DNA from: Podarcis cretensis
Taxonomy: Eukaryota
Reading direction: 5' to 3'
DNA: 64,000 bases
Assembly (NCBI GenBank): GCA_951804945.1
Contig: OX638153.1
Location: forward strand, 84,754,001-84,818,000
Positions within the stretch are counted from its first letter, which is position 1; each line of letters begins with the position of its first letter. A program made the position numbers and the translations under genes. Of this stretch, positions 48,680 through 60,410 are shown piece by piece. The notes under the pieces are model-generated. The model searched no databases. It had not been told where the DNA came from and saw nothing but the letters and a program-made list of their open reading frames with translations.

Positions 48680-49675
48680 GAACCCTATGTGGGGCTACCT
48701 TTGAAGGTGACTCAGAAACTGCAACCAATCGAGAATGGGGAAGCTAGACTGGTGACTGGGAGCAGTCACCAGGACCATATAGAACTGCATTGGCTCCCAG
48801 TATATTTCCAAGCACAAGTCAAAGTGTTGGCGCTGACTTTTAAAGCCCTATGCGGCTTTGGCCCTATATACTTGAAGGAGTGTCTCTGTTACTATAAAGA
48901 AGCAATGCAGAAGAAAGAAGCAGCAGCTAAGCCAGCTGCTGGTGGCTGGAAAGCCAGACAGGATGTTTGGGACTGTTACCATGGCAATAAAGGGGCAGTC
49001 CATTCTCCGTATTGAGCACCGGATGTGAGCTCAGTGTGTGATATATGACCTGTACAGGATGTACATGGGTGGAGTTATTATTCTCTCTGCTGTTGTTTGT
49101 GAAGAGTGCAGACATCTTTATCTGTATGGCTGCTAAAGACAGAAATAAAGACATGTAAATACATTTCTGTCTGAGTCTGATTCCCCTCCCTGGGGAGCAG
49201 GGAGGAGGAGAGAAGCAGTGGTGTGTTTTTCTCACAGTCTGGGAAAAATCGCCGATACAGACCTCGCCTGTTTACCTGCCGGGAGTGACAGGGGGAGGTC
49301 AAAAGGAATTCAGCCGGTGCCTGGAGAGGTAGGCACATTCCTCTGACCGAGGCAGAATTCCAACAGTCTCCACCCCCATCATTTAGCCCGGACACTGAGA
49401 TACAGCTCCAAGGGCCTTCTGGTGGTTTCCTCATTGTGAGATGTGAGGTTACAGGGAACCAGGCAGAGGGCCTTTTGAGTAGTGGTGCCCGCCCTGTGGA
49501 ACGTCCTCCCAGCAGATGTCAAACAGATAAACAGCTATGTGATGGTTAAAAGACATCTGAAGGCAGCTCTGTTCAGGGAAGGTTTTAGTATGTGATGTTG
49601 TATTGTGCTTTTATAATTTTTTGTTGGGTGCTGCCCAGAGTGGCTGGGCAACTTAGTCAGATGTGTGGCATATAA

Positions 49676-49720
<45 letters not shown>

Positions 49721-49740
49721 CTTGTCGTCATCATCATCAT
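48680..49740 (+). mobile_element. L2 LINE fragment interrupted by a solo LTR
   Basis: GLPLKVTQKLQ...ELHWLPVYFQAQVKVLALTFKAL (L2 ORF2), resuming at 49366; (TTG)n(TCA)n tail. Confidence 0.82.
48887..49365 (+). mobile_element. Solo LTR
   Basis: TGTT...AACA termini, perfect 5-bp TSD gtctc, AATAAA near 49144; the L2 is continuous on both sides. Confidence 0.85.
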
Positions 49741-51235
49741 CTGGTGGATATGAGCCATGAGTTATCACTATATATATATATATATAAAAAACTCCCTAGG
49801 AAATCTCAGTGATTCAGGCAGGGATCTTATAAATCAGGCAGCTCTTAATGCCTGAATAGTCCTTGCAACTCTGGTACTTTTCATACTGCTGTGACAACCG
49901 GTTTTACACTTTCTTTCTGCCTTTCAGCATTGTACACCCACATGGACATCAGTCCCTGGCCAGACTGGCAGATGCCTGGAGCTGGTATGTCAATTTGTCA
50001 CTGCATAATTCATAGCGCATAATGCTACAATACCAAATGGTGTCAAAAATTCGGAGGGGGTGAGGACTATAGGATTTAGTCTGTTTGCAATAAAGATGTC
50101 CACACTCCTGCAAACTCTGGAAGAAAGTTTAACAGCACAAAACCTCATGTTGACTCATTGGCTTAAACCTGACAGACATTAACACTGTCAGGTTGGTAAT
50201 TATTGTTGTCTCTGTCGATGCTAGAGTAAGAGAAGTTCTTCGGAGGGAACAGAAATAGAATAGAATAATTAATACAGTTAGCACGGGCTACCTAAAAAGG
50301 AAGCATATACTGAATGATCTCAGCAAGACTCAGAGAGAGAAGCATAACATCAAACTGAAAATGCATACACTTATCCAAACATAACAATTCATCTGGAACC
50401 AGACTTGCTTATTCTCATTCATTTAACCAAATGTATATATTGCTTGAACGAGGTAAAACCTCTAAGTGGTTTGCAAAAAAATACTAAAATTATCAATAAA
50501 AAGATTGATTTTGTACAAATCTAAAATGAGTATTATTGTGGCACTGAAACATTGTCAGCTCCATAGATTGAAGCAGTCAAGGGAAGACATATAGGGCAAG
50601 TCGATTACACAAACTGATCACCGTCCACAGACAGAAAGAAACCTTCCATCCGTGCAAGGCTTTTGATCCAGTGGAGAGGTTGTACCGGCAGTGAGCAGGG
50701 GTGACTTTTGTTGATTCTCTTTTACTTCTCCTGTCTCCACAGCCATTTCCCACACTGTTCTGCATAGTATCCCAAGCCAATGGTTATGGTGGGCACTGGG
50801 GTGTGCTATTGCCCTACACCACTAGAATTGTCCTAGTGGATCTCCACTCAGATGATGCTCTCATGGAGCTCTGTGGGAGGGAACAGGGCTCTCCTAGCAA
50901 CTCTCAGTACTGTAAACAAGCTACACTTCACAGGATTTTGTGTGCGTGCAGGGGAACGATATCTGGTATATATTGGTATGATACCACTTAAATGTACAGG
51001 GCAGATGGGGCCCCATGTAGAACAATGTCCTGGAACACACAAATGCACAAAGGAAAACCCCCTTGTCCCAAATCATGATTGCTGAGTAATTACATACAAA
51101 TGTTGCAACAGGCTAATAATTTTGCTTGATCCTGTTCCCCCTACCATTCTCAGAAAGAGCACTGTCACAATCTTCTCTGGCCTTGCCCTGATTCCAACAT
51201 AGCTGTTGGGGCTAAAAACCTCCTCCCACCTCACC

Positions 51236-51861
51236 TGTCAGGCTACTGCCAACGACTCCTGGCTGGTTGCCCAGAAACGTACAAAGACAAGGGAATGGTT
51301 CTTGCTGTCCACTTTTTATTCAGCATTTACAGAGAGAGGCTGTAGAACCCATATATAATGGTGTTGTCCACCCCACCCCATCTCTCCCTCTTCCTCATTT
51401 GTGATTCTTGTCGTCTCTCCTATGGCTGCTGCTACATGCCCTCTGTTTTTGAGCTCTTTGCTCTCCTACTTTCAAGCTCGCTGGGTTCTGGGAGTGGGTG
51501 GGATCTGGAATGCTTTCTAAATTAAGGTTACCAGATTTTTTTTCAATGAATCCGGGGACACTTTTCAACTTCAATGGATTTTGTATGAGGACTGATTTGT
51601 AAATCTGGGGACTGTCCCCGGGAAACGGGGACATCTGGTAACCTTATTCTAAATACATTTTGTCCATCAGTTGTCGCCCCCTGGTGCTTCCTCCTTCTCT
51701 TCCTCTCCCATTATTTCTCAACTTTCCCCCTCATCTTCCTCTGAGCTACGACCTTCCTCAAGCCCCATTGTAAATCTAAACTGTCTTTCTCTTCCTCCTC
51801 CCTGGAAGGGTCAAGCTGGGGAGGTAGACTCCACCATTCCTCCTTGGCCCAGTCCCTGACA
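51236..51861 (-). mobile_element. Solo LTR (family of 28261-28958)
   Basis: TGTCAGG...CCTGACA, TSD tcacc/ccacc, reverse-strand AATAAA near 51315. Confidence 0.8.
51523..51646. mobile_element. hAT MITE nested in the LTR
   Basis: Perfect 14-bp TIR TAAGGTTACCAGAT; perfect 8-bp TSD ttctaaat. Confidence 0.9.
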
Positions 51862-51896
51862 CCACCTTGCATTCAGTATCATGTAGCATTACTATC

Positions 51897-52261
51897 GGGA
51901 CGCAGGTGGCGCTGTGGGTTAAAGCCTCAGCGCCTAGGGCTTGCCGATCGAAAGGTCGGCGGTTCGAATCCCTGCGGCGGGGTGCGCTCCCGCTGCTCGG
52001 TCCCAGCGCCTGCCAACCTAGCAGTTCGAAAGCACCTCCGGGTGCAAGTAGATAAATAGGGACCGCTTACCAGCGGGAAGGTAAACGGCGTTTCCGTGTG
52101 TGGCTCTGGCTCGCCAGAGCAGCGATGTCACGCTGGCCACGTGACCCGGAAGTGTCTCCGGACAGCGCTGGCCCCTGGCCTCTTAAGTGAGATGGGCGCA
52201 CAACCCCAGAGTCTGTCAAGACTGGCCCGTATGGGCAGGGATACCTTTACCTTTTACCTTT
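51897..52261 (+). mobile_element. Sauria SINE, young full-length copy
   Basis: Near-identical to 7090-7450; 13-bp TSD tagcattactatc. Confidence 0.93.
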
Positions 52262-52311
52262 TAGCATTACTATCAGCTAGCAGCTATACTGTAAATAAAA
52301 AAAATGAAGAA

Positions 52312-52678
52312 AAAGGTTAAAAGAGAGAAAGTAAAATACCCCAGGATGGTTAACTCCAGTCAAAGGCAACTATGGGGTGCAGCGCTCATCTTGCTTCTGG
52401 CAGAGGGAACTGGTGTTTGCTATCAGACAGCTTTCTAGGTCATGTGGCCAGCATGACTAAACCGCTTCTGGTGCAACAGAACACTGTGATGGAAACCAGA
52501 GCACACGGAAATGCCGTTTAACTTCCCACCGCAGTGGTACTTATTTATCTATTTGCACTGGTGCGCTTTCAAACTGTTATGTGGTGCAGGAGCTGGGACA
52601 GAGCAATGGAGCTCACCCCATCATGAGGATTCGAAATGCCAACCTTCTGATTGGCAAGCCCAGGAGGCTCAGTGGTTT
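52312..52678 (-). mobile_element. Sauria SINE, older copy
   Basis: catgtggccagcatgactaaaccgcttctgg and other diverged Sauria body motifs in reverse orientation. Confidence 0.8.
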
Positions 52679-54435
52679 TATGAAGAAAAAAGAAACAGCT
52701 GGCACACATTTCACTCAGCTACCACCACATTGCTTGCAGGTGCATTTCGATCAGCCACACAAGTCCTCTAACACCAAGCAAAATAGAAAATTCAGTTAAT
52801 TGTTTTTGAAAATCCCTTCAGAGCCCCATTTCTTTCCATTGTTCTGTTCCAAAAACGCAGTCCAAGACCTGGCAGATACCCCCAAAAAGCAGAAGAAAGG
52901 GGAGGGGAAAAACATATTTATTTCCTGTTCTGTTTGAATATTTTTTTAGCCTATGCAAACTGCTCGTCTTCTGTTTCATTATGACATATAGAATCTAGCA
53001 AGATAAACTGGTGCTTCCCCTGCTCCCCAACCACTTTGAACATTTTTACCCCTTAGTGTATTTTATAACTTATTGCAGCATTTTCATGCTAGCCAGCTGC
53101 CTCTGGCAGATTGATTGGAACAAAGCAGAGCTCCAAACACATCGAGTCCCCCAAACACAGAATGCAATTGGCCACAGCTACAGCTACAAGTCTATGGATC
53201 ATTTAAGAAGGATGAGGTCTATTTAATCAAACTCAACATTGTTCAGCGGACAAACTACCTTAAAAAGAAATGAGAAAACACACACCCACACCCCCAGAAT
53301 TCTCCTGCATGATGTTTGGACTCCCAATGAAGCCTGGGGTAGCTCAGTATCCTACAACCGATTTAATTAAAAGCAGTTCTTTTCTGCCAGCTGCAAACAA
53401 ATAGTTGCTAATAAATTAAAAAGACATGTTCCCCTTATTGATACATGATAATCAGATACCACCAGGTTGTGCTGTTGCACTTATGCACCATAAATATATA
53501 CAATGGTAGAACTGTGTTACCATGTTTCTCTGATGTTGACATTTGTCTCTAGGAAGGAACTTAAACATTGGAGCACAGAGGCAAGGAATTATTCATTTTC
53601 TCCATCGTTTAACTGCTTAGCATTCTCTTGGAGAGCTTTGGCTCCATCATTCAAGCACCAGCAGTGTTCACTGGCCGTGAACTGTGAACATACGCCACAG
53701 GAAACAAATAACTCACCTGGAAAAGCATATGATGCAAAGCTGCTCGGAAGATGGGCAACTACAAAGCTAACATAAACGTGTCAAGTCAGAAGAAAGCTGC
53801 ATTGAGTTCAATGGGAATTTATCTCGGGTGATTATATATTGGAGGAATGTGGTCTTAGGAGTCCATTCATCTTGCAGGACACCATTCATTCATTAAGACT
53901 AGTATTGCAAACAATGTTCTTTGAATACAAGAGGTGGTGATGGCTACCATCTTAAGTGGATTTTTAAAAAAGGATTAGACAAATTCATGGGGGACATGGT
54001 TATCAATGGCCAGTGGCCAGGCCCAGTTATTCTTCCTCCATGGGAGTTGCTGGGAGTCACAAATGTGGAGAGTGGAGGGGGTGCAGAAAATTATACCCCA
54101 AGGGTGTCTCTCATTGACCCTCTCAGAGCTTCAGCAAACTTGGCTCCAATGCAGCAGTATGTCATGGCTCCTGGTCCCTTGGTGCAGCCTCCACCAGCCA
54201 ACACTACAATGGTCTGCCTACTTTCTCCTTCTTGTTCCCAGAACACCTTTAGATTTCAAAAAGGACGCATTTTTTTCCCATGACATCGCTTTGGCAACCC
54301 AGGAATTTATTGCCTGGCACAGTTCTGCAGCTTGCATTCTCCTTCCATATCCCAAATACTATCTAAATACCAACATTTGTTAATTTCTACCATTCACTAA
54401 CTGACTCTGGACCTCAGATCTATGACAGTATATAC

Positions 54436-54571
54436 CAGTGATGGCCAAACTTGGCCCTCCAGCTTTTTTGGGACTACAACTCCCATCATCCCTAGCTAAC
54501 AGGACCAGTGGTCAGGGATGATGGGAATTGTAGTTCTAAAACAGCTGGAGGGCCAAGTTTCGCCATCACTG
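54436..54571. mobile_element. Palindromic hAT MITE
   Basis: CAGTGATGGC...GCCATCACTG with long hairpin arms; flanks gtatatac/gtatatgt. Confidence 0.85.
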
Positions 54572-54601
54572 GTATATGTATTCCAGAGAAAATGTATAAG
54601 C

Positions 54602-54736
54602 CAAGCATAGGCAAACTCTGGTCCTCCAGATGTTTGGGACTACAATTCCCATCATCCCTGACCACTGGTCCTGTTAGCTAGGGATGATGGGAGTTGTAGT
54701 CCCAAACATCTGGAGGGCCGGAGTTTGCTATGCCTG
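54602..54736. mobile_element. Palindromic hAT MITE (related subfamily, opposite orientation)
   Basis: CAAGCATAG...CTATGCCTG; perfect 8-bp TSD gtataagc. Confidence 0.88.
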
Positions 54737-56220
54737 GTATAAGCTTTTTAGTAGTTAACAAAGTTACATTTTGGTGTCACAAAATCTCTTTTTTTTCCCC
54801 CTCTCCATTTGTGTGTGTGTGTGTACCATTTAAAAATTAGGAATCTCAACTGACTTTCATGGTACTTTTCTTCCTCGTCCAGATATACACCAGAATGAGA
54901 TCTTCTTCTTTGTAACAATATAGAAGCATCAAATGCCCTCCAGCTATTTTCACATTTACCTTGTGTCCTCAAATTTTCCATTATCCGACATAATAACTTT
55001 TAAAAGTCTACAAGGGTTGCTGAGCATGATATTTAGATGCCACTACCAGAAAAGGTTCTTAAGTTTAAACCTAGGAGATATATTTCTTATTGCTCAAAGA
55101 CATAATTAAGGGAGAGTTATAGCTCCTAGAAGATTACAAGAGAATTGGTAAAAACCAGCAAAATTTCCACAAGGAAAATAAAAGCTGTGCCTAACCCGTT
55201 CACATTCTGTAAAAGATAAAACAATGAAGAGTGCAATTTGAGCAAATTATTTATACTTTTCAAAGGCTCCTGATAAAAATCTATCACAAAACATTATTAC
55301 AGGAACTCAGGAACCACAGGGTAAAAGGTAAAATGTCTGTACCATGGATTTAAAAAAGTGGTTAAAAATACAGAGGGAAGAGAGGATGAGTACAAATGGC
55401 TAATTCTCAGCATAGAAAGAGGTTAATAGAGAAATGCCCTCAGGATCAGTAATGGCCATGGTCTGCCTAAGTATAACATATGGACATGGTCAGGAGGCTT
55501 CCCCTGATTTAGTTAAATGATCTTTTTGTATTTCGCATTATATTAACCTGCTTTAGTGGCTCACATGTTTTTACTATTCGGTTTTGATGAAACTGCCTGA
55601 GTCCCTTCTGTTCATTCTTGTTTAGCCATTTCAGAGTAAAAGGGACACGTGTGTGTGATGTGGCAGATCTCCTGATCTTCTTGACAGCTCAACAGATTGG
55701 AAAGTGAGGCAAAGTTTATTGCAATTTCATAGCTGGTGTAGCCAAGGGACTCAAGCACTGGGTGATTGCCATGATCTGCAGGGATAGGGGTCCAGGAGAT
55801 CCAAACCCACCAGTTCCCTGCCCCCAAATGCCTCATTTTCAGAGCTGTTAAATACCAGTCGCTGGGAATCACAAGTGAAGAGAGACTGTTTTTCTCAAGA
55901 CCTCCTTGTGCCATAGGTATCTGGTTGGCCATGGTGAAAACAAGACGCTCGAGTAGATAGGCCATTGCTTTGATGCAGCAAACTCTTCTTAGGTTCCAGC
56001 CATCAGAGAGAAACTCGGACCAGTACTATGTCATAGTCCGCTCAAATGGCAGTGCCAACAGAGACTGGAGGAAGAGCCATTATGCACAATCCTACACTTC
56101 TTCGCCAATCTCCAGACTTCAACATCTAAGGAGGTGTTAGGAGAGCTCTCAAAAACTGGAAATTTGTCACATCTATTGATGTATATGGCCAGGCATTTGT
56201 GGAGAACTAAGTACCAGCCC

Positions 56221-56735
56221 AACCTAGACAGCATCTTAAAAAGCAGAGACATCACCTTGCTAACAAAGGTCTGTATAGTTAAAGCCATGGTTTTCCCAGT
56301 AGTGATGTATGGAAGTGAGAGCTGGACCATAAAGAAGGCTGATTGCTGAAAAATTGATGCTTTTGAATTATGGTGCTGGAGGAGACTCTTGAGACTCCCA
56401 TGGACGGCAAGAAGATCAAACCTATCCATTCTTCAGGAAATCAGCCCTGAGTGCTCACTGGAAGGACAGATCGTGAAGCTGAGGCTCCAATACTTTGGCC
56501 ACCTCATGAGAAGAGAAGACCCCCTGGAAAAGACCCTGATGTTGGGAAAGATGGAGGGCACAAGGAGAAGGGGATGACAGAGGACGAGATGGTTGGACAG
56601 TGTTCTCAAAGCTACGAACATGAGTTTGACCAAACTGTGGGAGGCAGTGGAAGACAGGAGTGCCTGGCATGCTCTGGTCCATGAGGTCACGAAGAGTCGG
56701 ACACGACTAAACAACTAAACAACAACAACAACAGC
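56221..56735 (+). mobile_element. BovB (RTE) LINE, 5'-truncated
   Basis: NLDSILKSRDITLLTKVCIVKAMVFPVVMYGSESWTIKKA...KLRLQYFGHLMRR..LEKTLMLGK; gagtcggacacgact plus (CAA)n tail; TSD aagtaccagccc. Confidence 0.93.
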
Positions 56736-57289
56736 AAGTACCAGCCCAGAGTACCCCAGAGTACGACAAAAACAAACCTCTCTGACTCTGGGGGATTTGA
56801 TTTGAATGTGTTGCTACTGATGGGATCCTGTACCATGTCAGTATTCACAGGATTGGGTTGAAACCAACCACATGCCAAAATCTCCCCAAATATGAATACT
56901 TGGCTAGACCTTTCCCAACATGTAAACTCTGCATAGTATTGTGATTTTGATGTGGGTGTGTTTTTGAGCCACTTATCCCTCACATATAGTTAGGCCAGTG
57001 AAAGAACTATTGGCATATCTGAGTATGTTCTCACTCCAACAAGACACTTGATATGGTGAGCGTTTTGCTGAAATGGAGAAGACAAAGATCTTGTCTCTTG
57101 AGGCAAAGATCAGAAATTTATTAGCAGCAGAAAGACTGTAGCAAGGGATGCTTGCAAATTCCAATATGAAATGGCAAGTTTTGCACCTCTTAAACCACTG
57201 TGTGGACCAGAACTTGGCTATCTACCATGTTTCACACTTCTCCAACTATTGCAATGTTTGGTTAGAATTTGCATTGTTACAGATGAAAT

Positions 57290-57498
57290 TCAGAGCTAGT
57301 GCTAAGTATCAGACTCGGACTAGGCAGAATCTGGTTCAAATCTTCACTCAGCTATGAAGCTTGGGCCAGTCACTACCTGTCAGCCTAACAAAACAGCCTA
57401 AAGGGCTGTGACGAGGCTACAATGGGTGCAGTAAGAATGATGTGCCCTACCTGAGCAGCTTGGAGGAAGAGTTTGAATAAAATGTAATAAATAAATAA
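57290..57498 (+). mobile_element. Old MIR/Squam3-like SINE
   Basis: ggttcaaatc B box, ttgggccagtcac CORE-like segment, (TAAA)n tail. Confidence 0.6.
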
Positions 57499-59406
57499 TT
57501 GATGGATGCATCTTATTGAAACTTGTTGATTTTCTGTGGTATATATTATACATTTAGTATGCTTGAAGAAGGACTGGGGCAATCCTTTGGAGGGCATCAT
57601 GGAATACTGAAGGCCTCATTCTATGTAGGTCTATCTACAGTACAGTAAGGGAAGTTTGTTGATGTAGGTCTTCCTGTCAAGAGGTTTCCACCACTATGTG
57701 GTGGAACTACTCAGTGGTTCTCCGCTAGCAAGGAGGAGCATGGGGCAAGGAGGTGTGTCAGTGGCCTAGAGTGACCAGTCTTTTGGGTATCCACAGGATC
57801 CTAAATGCCTTCGTTTCCATGACACCCACCCCGCTTGCCCCACAAAAAGAGAGAGCCAGAAACTGCCTCAATCCGAGAGGTGGAATTTTTATTTTCCTCC
57901 CATTGGAGGATGTGGGAGCGAACAAAAGAAGGTCATTATAACCATTTGCAGGGCTTAGGAAGTATGTCACAAACTCCACACACACACACATACACACAAC
58001 TCATGCGTGTGCGCCATTAAGGTTAAGGTTTAGGAGATGTACAAATGGAACAACCACTGATATAGAAGTGCGCAGGGCACTGTTGTTCATGTGGAGCTCT
58101 CTGTACATATCAGAGCCCTGCTTATTATGGGATCTCAGCAGCAACAAAAGTACAGGTATGCCATAACGGCTGCTGTGAATTTACACTCTCTCTTGGAGGG
58201 CCTGTTAAAATATCTCACATCTTTTAATTACAGGACTGGAAGTTTTCCCAGACTAAAGAATGCATCTGGACACTGAGAAGTTTTAAAAAGAACAATTAAA
58301 ATGAAGTTAGTAACTGGATTATTTAAAAAAGATTGCATAAGAAATGTGGTCACTTTTCCCCACCACACTTTCTGAAAATATAAGGGACAGCTCTTGAATT
58401 GTGCAGTCATAAAAAAACATGTCTATGTTCTGATCCAGGCATTATCCAACAGAAGCCTATATCCAAATACCACCAACCTGTTAGGGAACTTATCACCTTT
58501 GCAGCAGTTGGTCATTTTTTTTCCTTAAAAATGTCAATTTCATTTGAATATTTGCCATGAAATTTGGATGGCATACATTGCCTGATAGGTTTGAACTGAG
58601 ATGGATGTTGTATTATTAATGTAAGCTGATGTTTTACCTTTTTCTCACTTTTTTAATGTTAAACTTGCTTTTAAAAAAAAATAATAACACTCTTTCCTGA
58701 GAAGTGCAATTTCACACATCCATCTGAATTGCAAATGTTGCTGTCCTTTGCATCTTCTCACCTCCTACTCCTGACTAAATGCCACAACTCTGTTTTTACA
58801 GTATTAATTCATTAAGATGTAGAACAAATGCCAGCATCTCCCACTGTTCTTCTGAGCTGGCTTTGGTTCTGTTAAGCTGATCCATGCCAGCCCTGAAAAC
58901 AGAGCAGACTGGAAGGGGGTAATGTCAGCCTTCTTTGTTCCACCTTGCTCAAAGTAATCAAGCATAAAACAGGGCAAGCAAACAGGTGAGTCAAATGAGG
59001 ACTTAATTGCTGACCAGAGAGATAAACTGACTTATCTGCAACTTTAAATAAAACTTCTCTGTTTACTAAATCATCATCAACAACAACAACATCATCAGCA
59101 CCATCCACCAGTGGGTGGTGATTTAAGTAGCTGTACTGCAGATCATTTTGATTCCTGGATATGAAGCAGGTGTAAGAATGTTGTAAATGTTTCCAGTTGC
59201 ACCCCAAAGAAGACAGGTGGAGAAAATGAGGACTGGATGCAGAAGTTCATACTCTCTCATTTAGAAAGTGGGTTCCCTACCAACTCTTCTGAAGATCACA
59301 GTACATCTCACAATGGGGTTTAATCTACAAAGAGATGTATTTCCCAGTAGGGACCATGATGTGACTTTCAGGTGGTTTCAAGTATTAACCTGCATCTATG
59401 TCTCCA

Positions 59407-59769
59407 GGGACGCAGGTGGCGCTGTGGGTTAAAGCCTCAGCGCCTAGGACTTGCCGATCGAAAGGTTGGTGGTTCGAATCCCTGCGGCGGGGTGCGCTCC
59501 CGCTGCTCGGTCCCAGCGCCTGCCAACCTAGCAGTTTGAAAGCACCTCCGGGTGCAAGTAGATAAATAGGGACCGCTTACCAGCGGGAAGGTAAACGGCG
59601 TTTCCGTGTGCGGCTCTGGCTCGCCCGAGCAGCGATGTCACGCTGGCCACGTGACCTGGAAGTGTCTCCGGACAGCGCTGGCCCCTGGCCTCTTAAGTGA
59701 GATGGGCGCACAACCCCAGAGTCTGTCAAGACTGGCCCGTATGGGCAGGGGTACCTTTACCTTTACCTT
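59407..59769 (+). mobile_element. Sauria SINE, young full-length copy
   Basis: Same subfamily as 7073 and 51897; TSD tatgtctcca(g). Confidence 0.93.
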
Positions 59770-59784
59770 TATGTCTCCAGATAA

Positions 59785-60138
59785 GGGACGCAGCTGGCGC
59801 TGTGGGTTAAACCACAGAGCCTAGGACTTCCCGATCAGAAGGTTGGTGATTTGAATCCCTGCAATGAGGTGAGCTCCCGTTGCTTGGTCCCTGCTCCTGC
59901 CAACCTAGCAGTTCAAAAGCACGTCAAAGTGCAAGTACATAAATAGGTACCATTCCAGCGGGAAGGTAGACGGTGTTTCTGTGTGCTGCTCTGGTTCGCC
60001 AGAAGCAGCTTAGTCATGCTGGCCACATGACCCGGAAGCTGTACGCTGGCTCCCTTGGCCAATAAAGCGAGACGAGTGCCGCAACCCCAGAGTCGGCCAC
60101 AACTGGACCTAATGGTCAGGGGTCCCTTTACCTTTACC
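59785..60138 (+). mobile_element. Sauria SINE, older subfamily, full length
   Basis: TSD tatgtctccagat (59770-59782 / 60139-60151). Confidence 0.92.
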
Positions 60139-60159
60139 TATGTCTCCAGATGGATGTGT

Positions 60160-60410
60160 TAATGGACCCTCGAGTTACATACCACTCTGGATATGTAACT
60201 TTCGGGTTGCGAATGCGGCAAACCCAAAAGTGTATACTTCCGGGTTTCGCTGCATGCACATGCGCAAAAATGCTCCATGCGCTGCACACATGCGCAGAAG
60301 CGCTCTATCACGCCGCGTGTTTGTGCAGAAGCGGCACCTCCAGTTATGGACTTTTCAGGTTAAGTACAGGCCCTCGGAACAAATTTAATTCATATCCGGA
60401 GGATCCACTG
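60160..60410. mobile_element. Tc1/mariner MITE (degenerate left end)
   Basis: ...ggatccactg|ta right end; internal tgcgca palindromic motifs. Confidence 0.7.
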
